Shown: piece after piece, positions 13,919 to 26,900 of the stretch
Position numbering within the stretch: the stretch's first letter is position 1
Layout of the letters: every line of letters begins with the position of its first letter
DNA from: Chrysomallon squamiferum
Taxonomy: Eukaryota; Animalia; Mollusca
Length of the DNA stretch: 64,000 nucleotides
NCBI GenBank assembly: GCA_012295275.1
Contig: CM022665.1
Coordinates: 22,692,001-22,756,000, forward strand
Direction of reading: 5' to 3'
Translations under genes and position numbers: made by a program
Notes under the pieces: generated by a model
The model's input: only the letters and a program-made list of their open reading frames with translations
The model's database searches: none
What the model was told of the DNA's origin: nothing

Positions 13919-16900
13919 ATAATTTAAATAAACAAACCATAAAGAAATACTCTACTGAAGATTAAAATTGTAACAATGACATAAATGCTTGTATGTTTAG
14001 TGTCAAAATATTACTAATTCATACTTGGTACTGTTCCCACTGGTACTTTTTCTCTTCCACTGTGGCTTTCTGATCAGAGTCTGATCTCATGAGATTTTCA
14101 GTGTCTTTGAGCCACTGGTTAAAGTTATGGAAGCTTTCTTCAAATTCTTCCCACTTAGACAGACAGATTTCCAGGTCTGATTGAGCCTGTACCAGCTGTC
14201 CTCGGAACTCGTCAAAATCTTTATGCATTGTCTGAAGTTCATGACGAATCTTTGTCTGTCCCTTAGGGGAAGTGCTTGGTAAAGTAGCTTCTCCTGACTT
14301 TGTTGCTAGAGAAAGTCTCTGAGTTCCTTCAGTCAAATTTTGAATCAGTGCCTAAAATGAAAGTTCAATTATCATTATCATAATATTATAAAATTCTATT
14401 AAATATAATATTTTTTTTATTATTTTTTTATTTATTTATAGTATCAAAAAGAAAATATAAAAGCAAATATACTAATAATGGAACATAATATAAATTACAA
14501 AATGTTAAAACTTTGTTCTAAAATTTCTGCAACATTTTAGCATATTTAAGTCTATTTATGTGCTGAATGTAATCTATGAAAAATGATTTATTCAAGTAAC
14601 AATGACTTAAATACACTTAAAGTTTCTTTTTAAAAATAATACTATAATTATACCATGAAACAGCATGATAAAAAAGCAACTTTTACTTTACTTTATAAAA
14701 AGAAAACAATATAGTATCAAATGAACTGCTTCAAAACAAATATACAAATCATCTCTAAATAGCTTTAAGATTAAAAAGCATTTTTTAAAAAATCACTGAA
14801 CATCAGAGACAGGAAGAGCATCCTTTGAGTCAACAGAGACTATCAGTTTGACCAACATAACATTATTTCTAACAATTTTCTCTGACACACTGCAAACCAA
14901 GTAACAACCTCTAACCACAAAGTCAAACTGTGACATAACATTAAACAATTATAGCTGGTCTTTTGACTATCTCTCAGCAAATGCACTGAAGTGAACTGAT
15001 GTTGATAAATAAATAAAAAAATAATGATCTGGAATAACAATAATCCTAATCTCAGACTACTTAGCACATTGTATAACAACTGGGCAGGTAAAGGGGAGAA
15101 GTCCACATATATACTGCAGACTATATTAATGTAAATATTTAAGAATGTGAGTATTTTTGTGAAAGAAATGAAGGTATTTAGTTAATTTGACTTAATTTAC
15201 ATTTTAATTTTGAAAGTCTTTTTTCCTGTCAATTAATATATTATAAAATTTAAAGCCTTTCCTTGAATGTTGTTTTATTTTAAAAATGAACTAAAATATA
15301 CATCTGAAGATACGAAGTATAAAATAATCAAAAGTGCAACAGTATGTATGAACCTTTCATCATGTTTTCTTTCATTTTGTTTCTATGAAAATATTAAGAA
15401 TTTCTTATCAACTTATTTTTTTTTTTTAATTGACTGTCATCTATATTATGGTCTACCTCTTGATGTAGTAAAATAAGATACAGAACTAAACAGTAACCAT
15501 CCAAACAAATATATGGATAAAAAATCACATGACTACAGATTTAGAATTATCAACAGTTCACAGGATTAAAGCACTGATAATCAGGTAGTTCTGGTCTTGG
15601 ATTACAGTGTTATGTAACCTTTGAAGTAGACTTCATTGTGATTTTTATTGGTGGAACACCCAAATATACAAAAAAAAAAATAATAATAATAATAATAAAA
15701 TAAAATAATCAAATGTAAATAAATAAATTAGACTTATAAAAGACTAAAGATATAACACCCTCTCCAAAAGTAAAAATTAGTTATTTTCAATTAATACTTT
15801 TCAATTAAATTACAAGCCATTATAGAATTGAATTGATTTTATTAATCTAAATGAAACTAAAATATAGAAATACATAAATAAATGGAATTCAAACTGTTTA
15901 AACAAACTTTTTTAACTGCAATAAAATAAAATGAAATAAAATATTTTACCTGCACTCTCTCGATTTTGCTCTCAATGGCAGATTTTTCACCATATGTGTC
16001 GGAGCAGGTTGCTAATTTTTCAATGGCTGTACGTAACCAAGTAATGAACTGATTACAGTTGTCCAGGAAATCTTGATGGTTAGCAACATACTGTTCATTC
16101 TTGGCAAGAAGTTCCTAACAGAAAGAAAAATAATGTCAAATAAAAAAAAAAAAATCAATACAAATTAATAACTGAATTTAACAAAAAAAAAAAAAAAAAA
16201 AAAATTAATTAACTAGTAAAATATGAAAATAAATAAATAAACAAATACCTGCTACATACTATCACAAAAAGATTACTTGACAAATATGTATTTATTATTA
16301 TAAGAATGAAGGTTTCTAAGATTAATATTAAAAGTTTCTATTAATTTTGTTTTTTCACAAAAGTGTAAATTCACAACGTAGAAATGATAATAAACTACAT
16401 ATGTACTTTAGCTTGTTCTTTGAGTGTGTGGTATCTTGCAGCTATCTGTGATGTGTCAGTGGTGGTGTGACTTGCTGGACTTTTCTCTGCAAGCTGGTGA
16501 GCTTTTTCTGTCATAGACTCAACCATCTGCTCATAGGAGACAATGTCCTGGTACAAAACCTGCAAAATAAATAAATAAATAAAATTAATAATGATTACAA
16601 CATCAGTTAAAACAGTAAAGCCTATATCTGTTATTAAACCTGCTAATAGATCATTCCTACGAAAAGTTAAAAATTGGATAATGAAACTAGAAAATTCACA
16701 TACTAGGGTTTTTCATTCTGGATAAATAATGCAAAATTTGGGTTAGTTTTAAATAATATACTAGTAGATGCTAAGTACTTCAAAAACAAACAACTAAAAA
16801 TAATATTTTAAAAACAGAATATATTAAAACTAAAAAAAAATTATAAACCTTAATTCTCTGCAGTTCTCCTTTTTTCTCACTGATATCTGCTTTGGGAGAT

Positions 16901-17892
16901 GTTTCCTTCAGTTTCTTCTCCATTTCTTTCAGCCATTTTTGAACATTGGAGTGGCTGTCACTGAATTCAGTCCATTGTAAAAGACAAGATTCCAGCAGAA
17001 CCTTGGTGTCTGTCACCTCTGAAATGAGCTCATCCCAGTCATTTTGTAACTGTTGTAGTTCCTCACGAATCATCTCACGACCAGTTACTGAGGAATTGGT
17101 CATTGTCTTCTCACCCCAAGTATTAGCAGTGTGGATCAGAACCTGACCCTCTTCTTTCATAACATTGAATTCCTATTTACAATATAATAATGAAGTTTTG
17201 AAAATAAGTGAGACAATTATTTCAAAGACTAACTTATAATAATATTCATAATTCTTTCTTCTTTTTTTATATGATTAAGTAATAGCATTATTAATCATGA
17301 ATAAATATAAATGCTTTTTCATTCTTCTAAATCAAATCTTGTGAAACATTTTTAGAATATAATGTCAACATAATATTACATTAAATATGGCTTAAAATGT
17401 TGTAATAGTTTGACAATTATTCATGCATGTCAGAAAATTAAATTTATATATATATATAAAGTTTCTTTATTCTTGAAATGTAAAGGGTAACATTATTCAA
17501 GAAAATGGGAATTTAGTTAAATTTTATCCACTTAATTATAAAACAATAAATAAATAAAATCTGGTAATTAAGGTGCATTAAAGACTAATTTTCTGTGGTA
17601 ATTAAAGTGGTTTTACCTGTAACTTTTCAAGCTGTGTCTGTATGGTGTAACGGTCACCTGATGTGTCAGTACAGACAGACAGCTTGTCACGAGTGGCCTG
17701 AAGCCAGGATACTGCATCATTGTACACCTCACTGTACTGCTGATGATCCTGGCAGTGCTGTTCATAACGCTTCATCAAATCCTAAATAACATAAACTCAT
17801 AGGTAAGTAAAAAATAAAAAAATAAAAATTAAATAATAATAAAAAACAAACCAAAAAATAATACTTAAAGAAATTAAAAAAAGAAACTAAAA

Positions 17893-17923
<31 letters not shown>

Positions 17924-20900
17924 GTAAAAAGGTTTTATTAATTTTAAATACCAATCCAAATACAAATTAAAATATAATAAATTTATTGATATTACTCATA
18001 ATTTAAATTAAACTATATTAATATTATTAAACAACTTAAAAAAAAAAAAAAAATGCTTCTTTTATTTATTTATCTTCTGAAAACCAATTAGAAACTGACC
18101 TTGGATAAGGTAATCAGTGTGGTGTATCGAGAGCCCATCTGTGTGAGCTGGGTAGACACTCGGCTGTCTTTAGATGACTGCATTAATATTTGTGCCTGTT
18201 CAGCCAAATTGTCAAATGCTGTCTGCTGGGCTATTATTTCTTCATGTACACTCTGAAATGAATTTTTTAAACATTAATGTAAATAAATTAAACAAGAAAG
18301 ATGTAAAGGCATTATATAATTATGAAACGCTTACAGTTGCAAATAATCTGTTATATAAGCTTGTACAAATATAATTATTATGCTTTATTTTCTAATGTTT
18401 TTTCAAAAACACAAATAAAAAAAAATGGTACAGAATTTAATTTCAATAAAACACTCTTGTTTATTTATTAATACCTTTTGTTTCTCTAGTTGAACTGTCT
18501 TGTCTTCTAGAGTTGACTTTAGTTCAGAATCTGCTTTCATGTTGGCTTCCATGTCTTTTATCCAGTGACTTAGTTCCTCATAGTACACTTCATATCTCTG
18601 CCATTGCTCATGCAATTTTTCTACACATAATTAAATACAATTTTCATCAGTTCACTGTAATTTTTTAAAAGTTAAAAATTAATGTATATACAATTTAGTA
18701 AAATGTTGTGGTCTATTTAATGCTATATATTTTATTTTCAACTCCTATGAAATTTAGTATTAATGAAAAGTATAAATTAAATGTAAGAAACAGGTGTTGT
18801 TCAATACATCTGTGATATTTAAAAGTAGAAAATTTATAAAAAAATTAAAAAAGGTTTATTATACACAAACTTATTTCAAACTTATTTGGGGAAAAAAGGT
18901 GCTTAAAATAGTAACTACAATATCCAGCAACTTACCTAGTGTTCTGATCAAGTCAGAAAGGTTTGCTTCAAACCCAACAAAGTCATTTTCTAGCATGATA
19001 AGTTCCTCTTTTATCAGTTCTTGACCATGACTTGATGTCTGTGGAAGAATGCTCTGTCCTTTACTTTTAGCTGTTTCCATTTTCTGTCTGCCTGTGTCCA
19101 CAGTGTTAACAATTTCCTGAAAATTAAAAAATAACAATTTAAAAAATTCCAATTACATTAATATTATATGTTCTATAATAAGTATCAAATATGTTTTTTA
19201 AAAAATGGCTGGGATATTTATATTTTCAATATTAATTATAACAAATGAACTTCCTATATTAATTATCTCACCTGTACTTTGTTCTGCAGAGCCTCAATGG
19301 CATGTCTGTCGCCACGGATATCACTGCACAGACTGAGTCTGTTGACAGCAGCTGTCAGCCAGTCTGTCATGTCCACATAACTGTCACGATACAGCTGATG
19401 ACTTCTTAGATTTGTGTCACATCTTTGAAGCAAATCCTGTGATAGTAAACAATGTAAATAAATAGAAAAAAATTACAGATGATGAATTAAATAAATTTGT
19501 AGCTGAAAAATAAATGATAAAACTGAAGGTAAACAGAAAATCAGTTGGAAAAAATTAAATGATTCTTTCATCTTTTTGTTTCATTTAAAAAAAGGCCTTT
19601 TAGTTATAATTATTATTTTAAATAATGTCAATAAATTAAAAAAACAATGATAGCATGTAAAACTTAATTTATTGAGAAAAAAAAAAAAGAATTGAGATAA
19701 TTTATTTTAAAAATTGAAACACAATGAAATAATGAAATTTTCAAGACAAAGATCTTTACTTTTGTTTTAGTTCCAAGCTTGTCAAATCTTGATACAATTT
19801 CTTTAATCTGGTTGCTTAAACTCATGTCCTTGCTGGTTTGTCTCAATTTCTCAGCCTTGTCATTCATACTGTCTATTGTACTCTGCTGAGAATTGATGTT
19901 TAACTGCAGTACCTGTTTAAAAACATTTACCATTAATATAATAGAACCTATTTTTGTTAAATGAGAATGAAATCAGCACTTAAAACCAATGAATTGAATT
20001 AATATTTGTTTAAGGACACATACAGATATTAACATTTATAGATGTAATATTATCCATTTGAAAATAATGAAATCTGCTGCTTTTCTGTGAGATTATAATC
20101 ATTTAAGGGTGTGTGAGTTAACAAGTTACGTATATTAAACTGTCAGTTGGGTTCAAAGCATCTTCATATTTCATGTAATACCATAATAAACTGTTGTCAT
20201 GTATATGTTGTGGTTCTCACATGTACTTGATAATTTGTTAATTGTCTCATGTTTAGTAAATTTGTATTTAATGTTTCCTGTTCTCTGTCATTTTTGGATC
20301 AAAAATTGATCTTATGACCCATTATACCTTAGGTTATACTGTAACCACTGAGCTATAGATTCTTTATGGTCTTTTCATAGAAGTTAACCTAATACCATGA
20401 CATTTACCTTGATCCTATCAAGCTGTAGTTTCTTTTCTTGCAATGTATTCTGTAACTGGGATTCAGTTTCTATTTGTGTCTCAAGATCTTGCAGCCAGCA
20501 CTGTAGCTGCTGTACACTGTCATCATACACAGTCCACTGTGCTAGACATCCGTCCAGCTTCATCTTCACCTCATTCAAGTCTCCAGACAGACTGTCATAC
20601 TCTTGTTGTAGTGCCTGCATCTCACGACGCATGTTGTCACGTCCACTGACTGATGTATTGGGTAGAACAACCTGCAGGTTGTCCAGAGCTATCTGTAACA
20701 TGTGTAAACCTTCTTCCTTCTCAGACATCAGTTCCTGAAGAGAATAGATCAAATGAATGAAACGATATTACCAATTTCAGAATTATTATTTTTAGATCAT
20801 TGTCATTTGTGATTATTTGAGATGTTCACAAATTTCAGAAATCCAGTAACAATATAAGTTTATTATAGTTGTTTAAATTTATATACCCTTCTAGCATTTG

Positions 20901-23900
20901 GTTCAGCCTCTGAATATTGTTATTCATACATATCTTTATTATTTCACTTAAGCCCTCCCCTCAACAACAACAACCACACATAAAACCTTAATGTCCAAAA
21001 ATGCACCAATCTGTATTAATCTATAGAATATTTAATGATTTTTAATTAATTTTTTAAGATAATCTTTCACTGAATATTAATTTTCTGAAATCAGGTAAAC
21101 TACTATTTATTATCAGTTACAATGTAACACTTTTTCATCATCAAAGTACCTGTACTCTCTGAAGTCTTCCCTGTATCACATTCTTGTCTCCACTGACATC
21201 CATTATTCCAGACACCTTCTCCTTCATGTCTCCCAGCCAAGACTTGCACTGATCAAATGATGTTATGTATGCTTCATGATCAAGTACATACTGTTCCCAG
21301 CGTCGACACAGTTCCTGAAATATTATTCCAGCAACTATTTAAAATATCTGTACTTAAAGTAACAAAAAAACAGCATTTTTTCCATATAACCTAAACAGAG
21401 ATGTCAAAAGGATAGTATTTTTTCCACATAAACTGACAGACATATGAAAAGAAGAGCATCTTTTCCATCAAAATCAATAAATATGAAAAGAATACATACA
21501 AATAATTTTTGTAAATAAATATTTTAGTGAGTAACTGAAATTTGAGCTAATTTTATACATATATTTTTTAATAATAATTTCTGCAGCAATTAAAAATGTC
21601 TGAAAAGATAAATTAAGTAAATGTTACCTTGATGTTAACATTGATCATTTGGTATTTGGTTGAGAGCTGAGAAACTTGACTGACAACTCGCGTGTCTGTG
21701 CTTAGCTGCACCAAGTCTTGAGCTGCATCACTCAGTGAGTCTAGATCACCTTGGTGACTACTGATATCTTTGTGGAGAGCCTGAAATAATATATGATTTT
21801 ATAATATTAAACAGAGTGTGAAAAATAAAATAAAAAATAGATTTAAAACAAAAATAATATAAAAAATAAAAATAAAATATTAAAAAATAAGAAAAAATCT
21901 GCTTTCAAATAGTTATTATTTAAAATTTAAGATTTAAGCAATTAATTTGTTAAACCTATTACTTGTTGTTTAGTGCAGTCACCTGTTATGAACAGTATTT
22001 TTCAAATGGAAACAAAAATAAGCATTGCAATTAGGTTTTGACAAAATATTTTCATGTCTTCTGAATAATATAAATAATAACTAATTAGTAAATAAATAAA
22101 TAAACAAACAAACAAACAAACAAACAAACAAACAAACAAACAAACAAACAAACAAACAAACACAGATATGAATAAATAAATAAAAATAAACAAATATATA
22201 TGAACCTTCAGTCTCTCCAGTTGTTGTTGTTTCTCTTGTAAGGTAGATTTCAAGTCTGTGTTGCGGATTTTGTTTTCCGATTCTTTCAGCCAGTCTGCAC
22301 ACTTTTCTTGCCATGTTTCAAATTGTTTCCACTGAACCATACAGCTCTCCAAGTCACTCTTTGTCTGTGTAGTAATAAATAAAACATTTAGTAAATAATT
22401 CAGTCTGTAATCAGAATTAATTATGAAAATTAATACATCAGTTTTAATGTTTATAATAATTAAATAGAAAAGCAGAAAGAATTTAATTAAAAAATAATCT
22501 ACTATGATTAATTAATGTGTAGAATGTCTAAGAATATTAAATGCAGTACATAAACACATAATATATATGTACATATCTAATGTAAAAATTAAAAAGAAAA
22601 AATTTCGAATTATATTATATTGTATTGGTGAATAAATTTTTTCACACAAATCTATACCATCAGTTTTAATTAATATATTAGAGGAGTTTATAAAAGAAGA
22701 ACATTTTTTATCTGAAACCAAAATGTAAAAATAATAATTATAAAAATTTTAACTTTTTTAGAATTAAAAAAGCTTTTAATTTAATAAAGCCATTACAAGT
22801 ATCTCTCTAACTCATCTTTTTGGACACTTATTTACCTTGGCCAGTGCTGTAATGAATGCCTCCCAATCAGCCTGCAAGGCCTCTGTTTCACGAATTATCA
22901 CTTCTTTACCTTGTGGTGCAGTGTATGGCAATACTTTCTCAGCCAGTGCAACAACATTCTTAACTTTAGGCTCTCCTTCCATCCTTGTAGCAAGTATGTC
23001 CTAAATGAATAAAAATAACATGTATAAAATAAATTGGAATTCACACCATTTTTTAAAAGTTTGTATATAAAATGTAAAATAAATAAAAAATTGTTTTCAT
23101 ATTTACAAAACATTTTATCTATAATAAAATTTATAATTCAGATTCTACACCATCCAGATAAATATTTATTATTATAGCATTCCAAACTGCAAGAGAGAGG
23201 CCAGCCAACACCTTTCAACAAAGCTTGTGAAGGGAACATGACATAACATTATTTGACAGCTAAGAAAAGCATTATTAGAATTTCCTTGATCATAGTTATC
23301 ACATAATAGGAAATGAGAAGGTAAATGAAAAGCTAGTCCTTACCTCACCGCATTATAAGCAATTACATCAACAAGGTGTTAAGATGTATGTTAATAATAT
23401 AATAATGTTCGTTTTAACAATAAGGATATAATCCAGTTTATCATAGCATTTGCTTCAGTACTTTTTTATAATATGATTCAAGGAAGATTTGTGTCTGCAA
23501 CCTTAACAATAAAATACACACACACAAAAAAATGAAATAATAATAAAACAACAAATAATAATAATATAATAAAATGAAATAAAATAAAATAAAATAAATA
23601 AATAAAAACCAAACAACAATATACATTTTATTTGAAAAGAAATACATAGATTAAAGGTATATAAATATAATTAAATCAATAAAAAAATTAAAAATTTAGT
23701 GTACCAAATCCCTGACAAATATATTTTATTATTTGTGAGCAATATATACTACAGTTTTAACTACACTTAAAACTGTTTTTATCCACAAATAAATATAAAA
23801 ATTAATTGTCTTAAATTAGACTGATTTCATCATAATAAATCCCTACTTAAAATACCAGATTTCTTAAAACTGTCAGCAAAATTCTTTTATCAAATCATAT

Positions 23901-26900
23901 TCTAATTACATTTTAAATTTATCAAACTAATTCTGCAGATGGATATCTACAAATATTTAATTTCTATATTCTGTAAAACATTATTGACTTTGTTTAATTT
24001 AACTAAAGTTGTAATTCAAAGACATTATGTTCAATATTATTTAAACTGAAACCCCATTTTCATCAAACAAAATATTAAGTTTAATCTAACACAGACCATC
24101 ACCACTTTGCTAACTACATAAATATCATTAGCATTGTTTTTCCTCCTTTTCTTTTTCTCAATTATTTGTTTTAAGGATAAATTTATAGAAAAAATTAAAT
24201 CCACATAAATCAAAATACCAATACAGCTTCATAATACAGATGAAAAATTTAATTATAATTTTTAAATATTTAAATCCAGTCGTTAGTATTTAAAGCAAAA
24301 TCAATATTTTTAATTACTTTGTAAAATAAATGAAAATAAATGAAAAAGTAATAGTAATTTAAATTTTAATTAAATTATTCCAAAACATTCATATTTTACA
24401 CAAATTAGCCAATTAATGCCATGCGGAACACACATAGTAGGCTATAGCCAAACATAAAAAGTAAAGCATGCATATCTGCATTCTACTATGTCTTGAAAAC
24501 ATAGTTTGTTTTATGCAGATTAAAAAAAAAAAGTGCAATTTTGCTAAAAATGTCTGATAAAAATATAGAAATGAGCTATGTCAAAAAGGAATAACTATTT
24601 TTTTTTTTTTAAATAAATAAATAAACAACTTTTATTATTTAAATATAAAATATTTATAGAAAGAAACTAAATGTAAATCTGGTTTAAGCATTTGCGTTGC
24701 TTTTTAACTATTGTTACTCAAAAAAAAAAAAAAAAAAATCAATGTCTGTAAACAAAGAAATTCTTTATATGTATATTCAGATTTCCAAAAATGTTAGTTA
24801 ACTGAAGCAAAAATCTAAAAAACTGTAATAATATAAAAAGAACAGAATAAAGAAAAAACATACCTTTTAAAATGTTAATTGTTTAACTGGATGGATAATT
24901 TTTATGACATTCCTTCAAGGTTTAAATATTAGTCTGATGCTGCATTTTTTATATTATTTTACATTTTTGATGAAATATTAAAACAGAAATAAATTTCTGT
25001 ATATTTAAACATTTAGGTATTATAATACTTAAAACTGGATAATAATTATATGTATATTAATAATAAGAGATAATATCAGCAACAAAATGTTTACATGGTG
25101 CAAGACAATGGCAGATAAAAACAATGTTGATCAAGTAACTAAGGCTAATCAATTCAGTAGATACATTTTTTTATAACATTTTTTATTTTGCTAGCTGCTG
25201 CAAATTTTACTGGACTGAAATGATTCAATCTATACCAACCTACATGATTAATACAGACTTGGAATATGTTACACTGTATTTAGCATACATATCATCATTT
25301 TATTATATAAATATATATATATATATATATATAATTATCAATGTCAGAACCTTAGTTATTATAGTTAGATATGTTTTGTTATTAACAAATTTAAAATTTC
25401 TAGTTTAAAAAATAATGGTATCTGTAATTCTCACACACACACTTTTTTTTTCTTCTGGCATTCATATTTTTGCAAAAATATTTTACATTTCTTTAATTAA
25501 CTGCATACAAAAAGAGTTGGTTAACCATGAAGGAATGTATTCTATCAAAAATTCTAAAACTGGCAATTGCCAAACAAGAGACAAGCAAATTAAAAGACAA
25601 TTACAACAAACATTTAGCACTTACACAACGACGCTGTTCAGAAGAACAAAAATATTTATTACTAAAAGATCTAATTAACAGAACAGAAGAATGAAGGAGA
25701 GTAAGTTCATAGTTTACTTTAAGATCTACAAACATTTTATACTTTTATAAAGAATTCTCTATAATTTTACAATAACCAAAATTCCAAATATAGTTGAGAT
25801 GTAGCTAAATATTAAATACAGTATTTAAATATGACATCAACTGAAAATAACTATTTTAAAATTAAAACCAGTAACTAAATCATTAGTTGCAACTATCTAA
25901 AATAACATGCAATATCATGTCAAGACAGGAATTGCAATATTTGGTTTGATCAGCATTAATATTACATTTCAGTGCATAATTTTAAATATGAAATATCTCA
26001 TTATAATCTTTACATGATTGCTTTAAAAAAGAAAAGAAAAGAAAAACATTATCCAAAACATTATTAAATATAATTGCACTGAAAAAAGAAAAATACTTAA
26101 GTAATAAACTTGCTTTACCCTTAGCTTAAAATAAGAATATTTAAAAATATTACCAGTTCAGTCTAAAAAAAATTCAGACAGTGGAAATTTATATATATAA
26201 TTCCCAAATGGAAGAAAAAAAAAAAAAAAAAAAAACCCACACAAATCAGCCATTTGATTTTTTAGAATAAAATAGACTAAGTATTATCTATAGCTAATTC
26301 TGACATGTAAGTAACTCACACAAACATTAAATACTTCAACTAAATATAATTATTTTCCTGATATAGGGTATTTTCTCAAATATATATACAGATATATGCA
26401 TTCATGTATACACTTGTTTCAATTATGAGTGGTAACAATAATTTTTGTTTAAATTACCTGTATTTTGTCCAGTCTACTCTGAATTGCATGCCTATCACCT
26501 GACACATCAGAACAGACAGAAAGTTTCTCTCGTATGCTGTTCAGCCATTCTACACAGGCATTATAAGCATCGTTGTACTGCTGGTGGTCTGCGACAAACA
26601 CTTCGTACTGTTGTACACGGTCCTACAACAGTCAAGGAACTAAGTTATTTAGATATTATTTAAAGTGTCTACAAATCAGTCTGTAGAAATCATTAATAAA
26701 TCAGTATATGTATACCTTATCTATATTTGTATTATCTTGTTTAAAAATGTCTATAAGAATATATTATTTGCTTTTATTAGTTTTAATCTAATTTATTTAT
26801 AAACTGATATATTTATAAAAATATTTATCTCCGTTTTTTTTCTAATTCATTTATAAAAGAGTATCTAGAAACATTATTTCTGTTCAGTCTAATTCATTTA

